Virus record (IMG/VR): IMGVR_UViG_3300044252_000013
Location: 1-57,500 of that record
Length of the DNA: 57,500 nt
Reading direction: 5' to 3' (one strand)
Source of the DNA: a virus
Lineage: Duplodnaviria; Caudoviricetes
Below the pieces are notes generated by a model. It was not told the DNA's origin. It searched no databases and saw only the letters and a list, made by a program, of their open reading frames with translations. Position numbers and translations under genes: made by a program. Shown piece after piece: positions 19,991 through 28,931 of the stretch (its first letter is position 1; every line of letters begins with the position of its first letter).

Positions 19991-20931
19991 GTCGCAAGTC
20001 CTTCACGCTCAAGCCGCGCCTTCACCCGCGCGCGCTCGTCATTCGAGATGCCCATCGTTTCCGGCTCGTCCTCACCCGGACCCGGCCAGCGACCCTCAGC
20101 CAAGCAGAGCGCAATCTTCCGCAGCGCCCATCGGTTCTGACCGTTGCCGTTCTTGAGGTCCTCGTCGGTCAGCCTCACCGCGCGGGCGCAGTAGGGATTT
20201 GCCGTTTCGATGAACATCAGCCAGAACGATGCGAACGGGATTTCGGTCAGGATTTGCTGCGCGACCTCACCGACCAGCGCGCCCTGCTGATTGTAGCCGT
20301 AGGCGCGGATGGAGTATTGCAGCGCGGGCGTTGTCACGTCAGCGGCGGTCTTGAGGTCAACGTAGTCGCCCGAGGCGGTCGGGATCACGTCAGGGCGAAC
20401 CTTGATCCACAGCCCCGTCTCCTGATCCTTGATGAAGCCCGAGACCTCGACCGCGCCTTCCAAGATGCCGTTCTGAACGAACGAGTTGGCTTGCATCGAC
20501 CACGCCATCGCCTTGATCGCGTCGAGTTCTTTCGCGGTGACGATGGTGCGCCCCAGCTTCGCCTGCTCAGCATTCCACTTCTTGCAGACCTCAGAGCCGT
20601 TGTGCCACGGCTTCTCCTCAGCGGTTTTCTTATCGCGGTAGATCAGCGGCTGCTGGATGAATTTCTGATTGTAGTTGTCCTCACCGAGAAACAGGTGATG
20701 GGCTGCGGAGCCGAGGATCATGTTGCGCGAGCTTTCGCGCGGCTCAGCCTTCGGGTTTTCGCACCACTCCGAAAACATATGCGCAGCCGACTTCGACCAG
20801 CACGTCCTCAGGTTGGTGCTGCTGACGGCGGGGCCTTCGCACATGCCTGCCGAGTGATACGTTTCGATGGGCACGCCCGAATACCAACCCGGCTTCGTGA
20901 TGGGCTTGCCATTCCACTTGGTGATTTTCAC
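19987..20931 (-). CDS. RecE/exonuclease VIII-like PD-(D/E)XK nuclease (DUF3799)
   Basis: YH...VSSTNL, GSAAHHLFL, EVS...KVRPD...VDLKT, YGYNQQGA. Confidence 0.88.
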   Translation of the reverse strand: MKITKWNGKPITKPGWYSGVPIETYHSAGMCEGPAVSSTNLRTCWSKSAAHMFSEWCENPKAEPRESSRNMILGSAAHHLFLGEDNYNQKFIQQPLIYRDKKTAEEKPWHNGSEVCKKWNAEQAKLGRTIVTAKELDAIKAMAWSMQANSFVQNGILEGAVEVSGFIKDQETGLWIKVRPDVIPTASGDYVDLKTAADVTTPALQYSIRAYGYNQQGALVGEVAQQILTEIPFASFWLMFIETANPYCARAVRLTDEDLKNGNGQNRWALRKIALCLAEGRWPGPGEDEPETMGISNDERARVKARLEREGLAT

Positions 20932-20949
20932 TGATCAATTCTCCGTTTG

Positions 20950-21120
20950 AAAAAGTGGGGAGGACGGTGACCAACCACCCTCCCCCGCGCTTTCACGCGC
21001 TCACGACTGGGCACCCGTTAACCCAGCCGAAGTTCAGGAGACGCGAGGTACAGCCTCGCGCCTCCGCAGGGTCCGCCCCCGCCATTACTAGCAACGCGCT
21101 GCCAGCGGCGGACCCTGACC
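20950..21120 (-). ncRNA. Candidate structured RNA: five tandem hairpins ending in a terminator-like stem
   Basis: Inverted repeats cagggtccgcc/ggcggaccctg, ggaggcgcgagg/cctcgcgtctcc, gctggg/cccagt, cgcgt-GAAA-gcgcg, ggggagggtgg/ccgtcctcccc plus T-run on the minus strand. Confidence 0.5.
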
Positions 21121-21121
21121 C

Positions 21122-22201
21122 TCAAGCTGCCTCAGCCAGAACTTTCCATTCCGCCTTCGGCAGTTCGATGATCTTCGCGCCGTGCCGCTCCATCGCGGTG
21201 GCGTCATCGTAGTCCTCGACATCCTGAGCGGCGCGGGTGACCGCGTTGAACAGTCCGAAGCGGCTCAGGTCACCGCCTTCGATCAGGTGGCGCAGGATGG
21301 AAGTCCCGGTGCCATCGCTCAGCCCGAATTTGCTGGTGGTCAGCTTCACGACCTGAATGGGGTCGCCCGCGATCACGTCAGCCTGCGTGGCGCTGATCTT
21401 GTCGCAGAGGGCGTCGAAGCGCGCGCGGTCGAATGCCCCGCGAACCACATCGCCAATCTGCGCCCATGTTGCGGCGTCGGTCTTGCGGCGCGTCTCGTCA
21501 CTGAGCAGCGCGTACATTTCCTCCCCGACAATCTCATGCTTGCCGCCGACATGATATTTCCGCACCGACCGCTCACCGAAGGTGGCGAGGTTGGAGCAGA
21601 AGCCGTCATAGACCCCGCCGAGGATGCTCACCGTGCCCTGACCGACTTCCGAGTTCGATGCGGTCAGCGCGGGCGCGAGCTTGCGCAGGATGTTATGTTT
21701 GCCGTCGCCAAACTTGCCGCCGATGGCTTCGAGTTCGCGGACCACGCTCTGATCGACCAGCTTGATATACATCCGGCTGTCGGTCAGTTGGCTCGACATC
21801 ATCTCAAGCCCGAGTTCGCGCGCGGCGGTCAGCACCGGGACCGCGAGGTCCTCGTTCTCAAGCGGGCGATAGCGGTCGGAGAGGAAGGCGCGGGCGTTGC
21901 CGTCCAAGCCGCGCACCATGCGCTCAGCCGGGTACTTCCGAAACCAAGTGTTGACGTTGTTCGCGAGCAGGCGCGGGTCCTCAGCCTTCATCTTGTCGTA
22001 GTACTTTTTCGGGATTTCGAGGTGGGTCGCAATCTGATCATGCGCGATTTTGTTGATGCCCATCTTCTCCCGGTCAGCGAGGATTAGTTCGTTGCCTTCG
22101 GTCATTTCGATGTTCTTGGTCGAGATGACAATGTCGCGTTTGGCGGCGGCGCGGCGTTCAATCTCAGCCGCGAGTTCGCTCAGGCTTAGTCCGGTCTTCA
22201 T
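21122..22201 (-). CDS. DUF932-family protein
   Basis: ARAFLSDRYRPLEN, SNSEVGQG, FCSNL, GLFNAVTRAAQD; GGAG-like RBS before ATG 22201. Confidence 0.8.
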   Translation of the reverse strand: MKTGLSLSELAAEIERRAAAKRDIVISTKNIEMTEGNELILADREKMGINKIAHDQIATHLEIPKKYYDKMKAEDPRLLANNVNTWFRKYPAERMVRGLDGNARAFLSDRYRPLENEDLAVPVLTAARELGLEMMSSQLTDSRMYIKLVDQSVVRELEAIGGKFGDGKHNILRKLAPALTASNSEVGQGTVSILGGVYDGFCSNLATFGERSVRKYHVGGKHEIVGEEMYALLSDETRRKTDAATWAQIGDVVRGAFDRARFDALCDKISATQADVIAGDPIQVVKLTTSKFGLSDGTGTSILRHLIEGGDLSRFGLFNAVTRAAQDVEDYDDATAMERHGAKIIELPKAEWKVLAEAA

Positions 22202-22333
22202 GAGTTCTGCTCCTTGTGACGCCACAGCGGCGCAGTCAGAGCTTGTACCCCGACGCACTCGATTTGCCAAGCCCGCCTTTGATTTATTTTCGGGATAGGT
22301 GTAGGGGGATTGCTGAGGCGATCACACAAGGGA

Positions 22334-22546
22334 ATGACGATGGCTCGGAAGAAGGTCGATCAGGCGATCAAGATGATCAAGGAGACGCGCGGGCTTGCCG
22401 TGCGAGTGGCTGAGGCATGCGGCATCGCGCGCAACGCGGTCTACCAATGGGAGCGCGTCCCGGTCGAGCGCGTGCATACGGTTGCGCCCTTGCTGGAGAT
22501 GACACCGGAGCAAATCCGCCCCGACATCTTCAGGGTGCCTGCGTGA
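22334..22546 (+). CDS. Cro/YdaS-like HTH regulator
   Basis: VAEACGIARNAVYQWERVPVER...EQIRPDIF; first rightward gene after the divergence point. Confidence 0.85.
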   Translation: MTMARKKVDQAIKMIKETRGLAVRVAEACGIARNAVYQWERVPVERVHTVAPLLEMTPEQIRPDIFRVPA

Positions 22547-22965
22547 ACTGGAATGATGCGGCTGACCGGCTGCTGACCGACCTCTGGGAGAGCGGGCTGA
22601 CGATGGAAGGCGTGGCTGATGCAATGGCAGCAGCCGGTCACCCGGTCGAAAGCCGCAGCGCCATCTCGGGCCGGATGAACCGGCTCAGGAAGCAGGGCGT
22701 GGTGTTCAGCGCGCGCGAGCCGCATCGCCCCGCCACCAAGGAGCCGAAGCCGAGGCAGCCGAAGAAGCCGAGGTTCACGGTCACCCATGACGAGGGCGTC
22801 GAGTACCTCTCCGACCATGACGGATGCAAAGCCATCCTCGACAGACGGGGCGGTCGGTATAACCTTCACTTGTGCTGCGGGAAACCCCGCGAGGCGGGGA
22901 CGCCATATTGCCCGAGGCATCTCAGCATCTACCAAAACGCGGGCGTCAGGAAAACCAATGGCTAA
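22543..22965 (+). CDS. gcrA: GcrA-like cell-cycle regulator homologue
   Basis: NWND....LTDLWESGLT...SRSAISGRMNRL; C-terminal CK...CCGKP...PYCPRH. Confidence 0.75.
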   Translation: MNWNDAADRLLTDLWESGLTMEGVADAMAAAGHPVESRSAISGRMNRLRKQGVVFSAREPHRPATKEPKPRQPKKPRFTVTHDEGVEYLSDHDGCKAILDRRGGRYNLHLCCGKPREAGTPYCPRHLSIYQNAGVRKTNG

Positions 22966-23398
22966 AGCAGCAAAGACCGTCGAGGTCGAAATCACCAAGC
23001 GGGACGCCGAGGCGTTCGTCGGCGGCATCCTCTCGCACTTCGAGAACATCGATAGCGCGCGCGGCACCTACATGCAGGCGGCGCGTTCTGAGCGCGAGAG
23101 CATGCAGGCGATTTACGAGGGCATGGCCGCGAAGGGCATCCCGCAGAAGGTCGCCAAGATTGAAATCCAAATCGTCAGGGCCATCGAACGGCTGAAGGGC
23201 TTGTACTCTGAACTCGAAGCCGAGGATCAGAAGCTGCTCGACAAGCTGGCGCGCGCTCAGGGTGACGCGGAGCAGATGAGCCTGTTCGGCATCGACGCGC
23301 TGCCGAAGAAGAAGCGCGAGGCAAAGCCGAAGGCGGCGAAGCTGTCCATCGTGCCCAACGGCTCGGACCACGAACTCGCAGCCGAAGGTGCAGCGTAG
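22958..23398 (+). CDS. GapR/DUF2312-like nucleoid-associated protein
   Basis: AFVGGI...ESMQAIYEGMAAKGIPQKVAK resembles the GapR D+K.VY.EAK..G+D.K pattern. Confidence 0.45.
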   Translation: MAKAAKTVEVEITKRDAEAFVGGILSHFENIDSARGTYMQAARSERESMQAIYEGMAAKGIPQKVAKIEIQIVRAIERLKGLYSELEAEDQKLLDKLARAQGDAEQMSLFGIDALPKKKREAKPKAAKLSIVPNGSDHELAAEGAA

Positions 23399-23404
23399 CT
23401 GAGA

Positions 23405-23432
23405 GCGGCGGCTGTCTCAGGCGGCAGCCGCC
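23405..23432 (+). terminator. GC hairpin after the GapR-like gene
   Basis: ggcggctg...cagccgcc stem. Confidence 0.4.
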
Positions 23433-23460
23433 AACCTCATTTCAACCGGGAGAAGTTAAC

Positions 23461-23631
23461 ATGGCCGAGAAAAAGATGGGACCGCGCGAAGCTGAGCTTC
23501 GGGCGCTGCGTGAGAAGCGCGAGGACGAGCGGGTCAAAGCCAACAAGGCGAAGATTGATCGGACGACGAAGTTCAAGGCGAAGGGCATCGGCAAGGTGGT
23601 GAACCTGAAGGGCAAGCGAGGGCAGACATGA
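23461..23631 (+). CDS. Small basic protein (56 aa)
   Basis: GGAG RBS; MAEKKMGPREAELRALRE; stop overlaps the next ATG. Confidence 0.55.
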   Translation: MAEKKMGPREAELRALREKREDERVKANKAKIDRTTKFKAKGIGKVVNLKGKRGQT

Positions 23632-24194
23632 GGTGGCTACCGAAACACCGTCACGATGCCGTTGCGGTCATAGTCGATGATGATCTGCGCGCTGACGTAA
23701 AGAAGCACGCGCTCAGGCGCGCGGAGCAGCACCGGGATAATCCAAGCCAGCGCATCCTGACGAAGAACATGGATGAGGCGGGCTTCTATGGCGAGTTCAC
23801 GTTCGGTCGCCTGATCGGCTACCCGGTGGACATCAGCAAGCGCACGAACGGTGACAACGGCATCGACTTCAATCTCAACATCGAAGGCTACGCGGCGAAG
23901 AAAACCTGTGACGTGAAGACCCGCAAGGAGCGTGAGGACGACATGCTGATGCTGGTCGAGAAGGACAAGGTGAAGGCTGACATCTACGTTTGCGGCATCC
24001 TCGCCAGCGATGAGAGCAACGTCGAGTTCGTCGGCTGGCTGCTGGGCAAGGAGGTGCTGAAATATCCGCTCGGTGATCTGGGGACCGGGGTGATCAACCA
24101 TCAGGTCCCCATCGGTGAGCTTCGCCCGATGAGGTCACTCCGCAGGGTGATCATGAAGTGGGAGCATGAAGATGACGAGGAGGACGCGGCGTGA
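23628..24194 (+). CDS. Putative restriction-endonuclease-fold (PD-(D/E)XK) protein
   Basis: GE..F...GDNGIDF...CDVKT pattern. Confidence 0.5.
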   Translation: MRWLPKHRHDAVAVIVDDDLRADVKKHALRRAEQHRDNPSQRILTKNMDEAGFYGEFTFGRLIGYPVDISKRTNGDNGIDFNLNIEGYAAKKTCDVKTRKEREDDMLMLVEKDKVKADIYVCGILASDESNVEFVGWLLGKEVLKYPLGDLGTGVINHQVPIGELRPMRSLRRVIMKWEHEDDEEDAA

Positions 24195-24733
24195 CCTTCA
24201 CCGGCAGGGTCCTCGCGCTCGACATCGCAACGGTGACCGGATGGGCATGTGGCTCACCCGGCTCCATCCCGACCTTCGGCACCGTCAGGTTCGGCAAGCC
24301 GGGTGGCTCGCGCGCTGGTGCTTATCGCTCCTTCAGCAAGTGGCTGGAGACGGAGTGGAATGTCCGCGATCACCAGCCCGACCTGATCGTTTACGAAAGC
24401 CCTGCGGTGCCATCGATCATGGCGGGCAAGACGAACATCGATACCATCCGATTGCTGGTTGGGCTGAGCGAATACCTCGAAGGCTGGTGCTACGAGAAGT
24501 TCGAACTGCGCGAGGCGTCGGTGAGCCAAGTGCGCGCGCACTTTCTCGGTCGCAACATGAAGTCGGCAATCGCAAAGCCGATGACGGTCGAGCGATGCCG
24601 CGAACTGGGATGGGCTGTGACGAACGCCGACGAGGCTGATGCCTGCGCGCTATGGGACTACCAGTGCCGCTTCCTGCGTCCTGACCTCGCGAGCAAGACG
24701 GCACCGATATTCTCCAAGGCGCTGATCAGGTAG
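24191..24733 (+). CDS. RuvC-like Holliday junction resolvase
   Basis: VLALDIATVTGWA, PDLIVYE, DEADA. Confidence 0.85.
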   Translation: MTFTGRVLALDIATVTGWACGSPGSIPTFGTVRFGKPGGSRAGAYRSFSKWLETEWNVRDHQPDLIVYESPAVPSIMAGKTNIDTIRLLVGLSEYLEGWCYEKFELREASVSQVRAHFLGRNMKSAIAKPMTVERCRELGWAVTNADEADACALWDYQCRFLRPDLASKTAPIFSKALIR

Positions 24734-25829
24734 CGGTAGCACGCGCCAGCGCAGCCTGAGCCTCTTCGATCAGCGGCATGATCTGTTCAAGCGCCTCACG
24801 CAGCCTTGCGGTGTCGCGCGGTGACGGCGAGCGCAGCCAGTTCATCCAGTAGGGAAGGAGGAAATTGATGCGAATGCTGGAGCCGTTGTTCTGCCGCGCA
24901 TATTCCTGATCCGACCGCGACAACGCACGCACCCTCGCCGCAAGATCACCGAAGGCGGATGTCGCCTGCTGCTCTGCCGTATGCACGCGCGTGTGACTGT
25001 GAAGCTCCCTGAACTCCGCATCGGTGCCGGTGAACTCAGGATCAATCTGCTCGCGGGTCAGGATCACGTCACTAGCGCCTCCCGTCACCACTTCGCTGCG
25101 TGAGACAAGGCGCGGCTCAGAGCGCGGAGGACGCGGCGCTGGCGCTGCGGTTCTCGCAGCCGTTCGACCGACCGCCTGAACCTGATTGCCAACACGCCTG
25201 ACGGCAGCGGGGGTCGCACCGACCTGATCAGCGCGCGCTGTCGCTCTTGCGTAGGAAGCGGCAGCCTGCAATCCGACTTCGTTGGCGCGGACCATCGCAA
25301 CGATGTTCGGTTCGCCATGCTCGACTACGTTGCGAATATCACTGAGGCGCTGACCGCTGGTCACGCCGCGCTCTGCGGCAATTTCCTCGATCAAGCGATT
25401 GGTCGCCACCCGTCCACGACGCGGCGCAGGCTCGATGACGGGTTCAGCAGCGGGGGCAATCACGTCATGCCCCATCGCACGCAGCACTTGGCGGAAGCGA
25501 TCATCTTCATCGCGCCCGGTGGTGTTGTCCCACAGCTTGCGAAATCCCCGTTCGGTGAGTTCGCCTGACATTACGCCCGAGGGCGTAAAGTTAGGGAGAA
25601 GTGCAACGAACCGTCCAAGGCACAGCAGGCGGCTGACGTACTGCTGCCCAAGGCCAAGCGCATCGCCAATCTCCTGCTGCGACAGCCTGCTGCGCTTGAA
25701 CAGCGCGGCGACCTTCTGATCGAAGCCAGCCCTATCATGCTCGCGTTCGATGACCTCATAAGCCTGCTTCAATTCGGTGATGGTCAGTGGTGCGGTGTCT
25801 TCAACAATGGTAAGGTTCGGTGTCGGCAT
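24726..25829 (-). CDS. HTH-containing DNA-binding protein (ParB/KorB C-terminal-like)
   Basis: LSQQEIGDALGLGQQYVSRLL and a second HTH-like EEIAAERGVTS; start ATG 25829. Confidence 0.6.
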   Translation of the reverse strand: MPTPNLTIVEDTAPLTITELKQAYEVIEREHDRAGFDQKVAALFKRSRLSQQEIGDALGLGQQYVSRLLCLGRFVALLPNFTPSGVMSGELTERGFRKLWDNTTGRDEDDRFRQVLRAMGHDVIAPAAEPVIEPAPRRGRVATNRLIEEIAAERGVTSGQRLSDIRNVVEHGEPNIVAMVRANEVGLQAAASYARATARADQVGATPAAVRRVGNQVQAVGRTAARTAAPAPRPPRSEPRLVSRSEVVTGGASDVILTREQIDPEFTGTDAEFRELHSHTRVHTAEQQATSAFGDLAARVRALSRSDQEYARQNNGSSIRINFLLPYWMNWLRSPSPRDTARLREALEQIMPLIEEAQAALARATAT

Positions 25830-25892
25830 GGCGGTCACTCCCGTTGGAAAGAAGGGGCGAGCATCGCTGCCCGCCCCAGTTGGTCTGTCCTA

Positions 25893-26891
25893 TTAAGCGG
25901 CTTGAGCCTGAGGCGTCCCGGTATCCAACACCGGGAAGTCCTCATTGATCTGCGGCATCCAGCGACGTCCAAGGCTGGTCTGAGCCTTCCACGCATTGAA
26001 CACCTTGATCAGCATCGCTGCGGTGTGATGCTTCTGCATCGACCTCTCAGCGCGGCTGTCACGCTCAACCTCACGATGGAGTGCGACGGAATATTCCGAA
26101 GCGCCATCGCCCGTGTACATGACGTTCTCAAAGAAATCGTCAGCCACGTCCTCGTCATGCTCGTCAATGATCCTCATGCCAACGTAGGCAACGATGTCCT
26201 TGCGACCACCCAGCAGGGCAGTTGCATCGGACCAGTCAGACGTTGCTGACCTCGCCGCCTTCTTGGCGTTCACGTAGGATGGCGCGAGCCTCAACACATC
26301 GGCGGGGCTGAACGGCGGGAGCCGCGTCTGTCCGCTGTGGTTATAGACACCGTGCTTCACCTTCTCTGCGAACTTGATGATGTTGACGATCACCGCAGAT
26401 ACGCCATTGAAGCCTGCGGTCTGCAAGGCATCCTTGGCGGTGCGCGCGCCACCATTGTCGATGTATGCGAACAGCCCCGGCTCGATGCCGGTGATGACAT
26501 ACGTCTTGATGGTGGCACCAGAAATCAGAACCGCGTAGAGGCGGTGCTGAGCGTCAGCCAACTTCTGGTCCGTGTCGATCAGCATGGGCTGTCCGGTCGG
26601 CTTCCAGTCGTTCGCTGCCATCTGGTTCGCGTAGTAGAACACCTTGGTCGGATCAAGCCGCCGGTTCTGACCGGGAGGATTGCGCTTCAGGAGTTCGACT
26701 GCAACGGCTGGCGTGATGTCATTCCAGCCATCGTGAACGGGAAGCGGACCAAGGTCTGCGCCGCTGTTCATCGCCGCATCGAACACCTCCTGAAGTGCAA
26801 ACACTTCCTTAGGCTTCGGATTGGCGAGGTCGAGGACGCAGGTCGCGGGGTCGGCCAAGTCATAGACTGGCCGCAGTTCGGTAACGGGCAT
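25893..26891 (-). CDS. ParB/Srx-like (DGQHR-type) domain protein
   Basis: ITPAVAVELL.RN..QNRRL...YANQM..NDW...LADAQHRLYAV...IDNG..RT..D; GGAGG RBS. Confidence 0.75.
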   Translation of the reverse strand: MPVTELRPVYDLADPATCVLDLANPKPKEVFALQEVFDAAMNSGADLGPLPVHDGWNDITPAVAVELLKRNPPGQNRRLDPTKVFYYANQMAANDWKPTGQPMLIDTDQKLADAQHRLYAVLISGATIKTYVITGIEPGLFAYIDNGGARTAKDALQTAGFNGVSAVIVNIIKFAEKVKHGVYNHSGQTRLPPFSPADVLRLAPSYVNAKKAARSATSDWSDATALLGGRKDIVAYVGMRIIDEHDEDVADDFFENVMYTGDGASEYSVALHREVERDSRAERSMQKHHTAAMLIKVFNAWKAQTSLGRRWMPQINEDFPVLDTGTPQAQAA

Positions 26892-26949
26892 GATGCCCTC
26901 CTATGTAAGTCGCGGTGCCGGTATGGCGTGTGCGACAGGAGGCAAGGTA

Positions 26950-27560
26950 AGCGATGCTTTTCAAAAAGCAAAGTCCACCTTCGCATCTTTCTGGAAGTGA
27001 TTTGAGCCGCCCCATTGCCCATCAGGGCAGCTTGACCATCCCATTGCTACTTGGTGCTGAGCGGCACGCTAGATGTAGTAGCTGGAAAAAATTGATCGCT
27101 GAGGTGTGGAAAGGGGCTTGCCAAGTCGGGGCGACCGGGGCCACCCTGAAAGCGCTGAGGGCGACTCGCTGCAACACGGGTCGCCCTCGAAACCGAAGCC
27201 GCACTGACCTGCGGGATGGTTGCTTGCTTAGAAAAACATATCCGTTTTCAAGCAAACATCAATCCCACCCGCACTGTCAATCGACTTCAGGTTCGCGCAG
27301 GAACAGGCTTCAGCCTGACCGGGGCGCGGCAATCATCCGGTCACCGCGCGCGCGGCGTCTCCACTTCCTTCGACCGATGCTGCACAACGCCCGCGCGGGC
27401 GAACGCGGACCCATGTCCAAATTCCATCGGGTCACAGCGTCGTAATAAGAAAGAAAGTACTGGTTGATGAGGTACTTAAACTTAACCTTCCTTCACCAAG
27501 TTCTTTCTTAAACTAGACTGAGAGACTGGTGGTTGCGCGCGCGAGGGCGGGGCAGCCGGA
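26950..27560. other. Hairpin-rich noncoding region, putative replication origin and divergent promoter region
   Basis: Stems at about 27157-27188, 27211-27272, 27316-27343 and 27446-27510; AT-rich patch upstream of the primase. Confidence 0.5.
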
Positions 27561-27572
27561 ACGGGTGAGGCG

Positions 27573-28520
27573 ATGGCGAATACAATCAGCACTTACGAGG
27601 CGGCGCATGGTCGCTGGCGTGAAATACTTTCGGTCCTTGGTCTGCCGTCAGCGAGCCTCAGCGGCAAGCCGCAGCCCTGCCCGATGTGCAAGGGCACCGA
27701 CCGCTTCCAGTTCACCGACCGGGGCGGGGAGGGCGAGTTCATCTGCCGGGGCTGCGGTGCCGGGAAGGGGATGCTGCTGCTCATGAAGTTTCGCGGCTGG
27801 GATTTCAAGCACGCCGCCGGGGAAGTCGATGCCGTGATCGGCAACCTACCAAGTACAAAACCAGCACGAACAGGGGGTGCCGTTCCGCCAACCACGAATG
27901 ACCTTCGGCGTCTATGGGGTCAGGGTGAATTAATCACAGCGAATACTGCGGCGGGTCGCTACCTGACCGCGCGCGGACTGAAAGCCGAGGGGCATCAATC
28001 GCTTCGGGCGATCACCCGTCTGCCTCACGCACCGAGCAAGCGCATCTTCCCCGGCATGCTCGCGCGGTTCGTTGACGCTGAGGGGGCGGGCAAACAAATC
28101 CAGCGCGTCTACCTCACCGAGACCGGCAGCAGGGCTGACGTGACGCCCAACCGGATGTTCGTGCAGGGTCACACCATGCCGAAGGGCGGGGCGATCAGGC
28201 TGGGCGAGGCGGCTGAGGTGATGGGCGTTGCCGAGGGCTTCGAGACCGCGCTCGCGGCGGCTCAGATATTCAACATGCCGGTGTGGGCGACGACCTCAGC
28301 AGAACTGCTGAAGGCTTGGATGCCGCCGACCGTTGCCAAGCGCATCTTGGTTTTTGGCGATACCGATGATAGTCATACAGGTCAGGCTGCGGCGCATGAG
28401 TTGGCGCGGCGGCTGTACCTCGAAGCGCAGCGCGACGACCTCAAGCGCGAGGTCGATGTGAGGCTTCCACCCGACAAGGGCACCGACTGGAATGACGTTC
28501 TCAGGGAGAGGTCAACATGA
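27573..28520 (+). CDS. DNA primase (Zn-ribbon plus Toprim)
   Basis: PCPMCKGTDRF...CRGCG; GGAIRL...VAEGFETALA...FGDTD...DWND. Confidence 0.9.
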   Translation: MANTISTYEAAHGRWREILSVLGLPSASLSGKPQPCPMCKGTDRFQFTDRGGEGEFICRGCGAGKGMLLLMKFRGWDFKHAAGEVDAVIGNLPSTKPARTGGAVPPTTNDLRRLWGQGELITANTAAGRYLTARGLKAEGHQSLRAITRLPHAPSKRIFPGMLARFVDAEGAGKQIQRVYLTETGSRADVTPNRMFVQGHTMPKGGAIRLGEAAEVMGVAEGFETALAAAQIFNMPVWATTSAELLKAWMPPTVAKRILVFGDTDDSHTGQAAAHELARRLYLEAQRDDLKREVDVRLPPDKGTDWNDVLRERST

Positions 28521-28759
28521 AGCCGATCAATGACGGAGAGCATCGCGCCTTCGTCACGCGACCCGACAACGGCTACCGCGAGTTCAGCCGCACCAGCAGC
28601 GGCGGGATCATCTACTTCAATCCATCCGCGCCGCCCGACAAGCGCTGGCGCATTGAGCATGTGCATTTCGGAAACAAGTACTTCGCTCAGCGCGAGGACA
28701 TCCTGAAATGGACGGTCGAGCAGATGCAGTCGCGGTTCACGGCAGGGAGGGTCAAGTGA
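28517..28759 (+). CDS. Hypothetical protein
   Basis: GAGG RBS, coupled to the primase. Confidence 0.55.
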   Translation: MKPINDGEHRAFVTRPDNGYREFSRTSSGGIIYFNPSAPPDKRWRIEHVHFGNKYFAQREDILKWTVEQMQSRFTAGRVK

Positions 28760-28908
28760 AGAAGCAAAACGTCGAGAAGCAACTGCGTCAGGCGACCGAG
28801 CGGCTCGAAGACCTGAAGCGTGAGCGCATCTCGCTGCAAGCCGAGGTCGATGCGTACCGAGGCATCGTCAGGCAAATCAAAAGGGCGCTGGGCTATGACG
28901 GCGATTAA
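28756..28908 (+). CDS. Small coiled-coil protein
   Basis: GGGAGG RBS, GTG start, heptad pattern. Confidence 0.5.
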   Translation: MKKQNVEKQLRQATERLEDLKRERISLQAEVDAYRGIVRQIKRALGYDGD

Positions 28909-28931
28909 CGGCAACAACGGAGGCGGAAGGC

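Noticed and set aside
20950-21120. tRNA gene
   Set aside because: No cloverleaf, TTC T-loop or acceptor stem
26954-27467. ORFs in the putative origin region
   Set aside because: No clear RBS or recognisable motifs, and the sequence is dominated by inverted repeats
27476-27490. CtrA box
   Set aside because: The TTAA half-sites are 2 nt apart rather than 7
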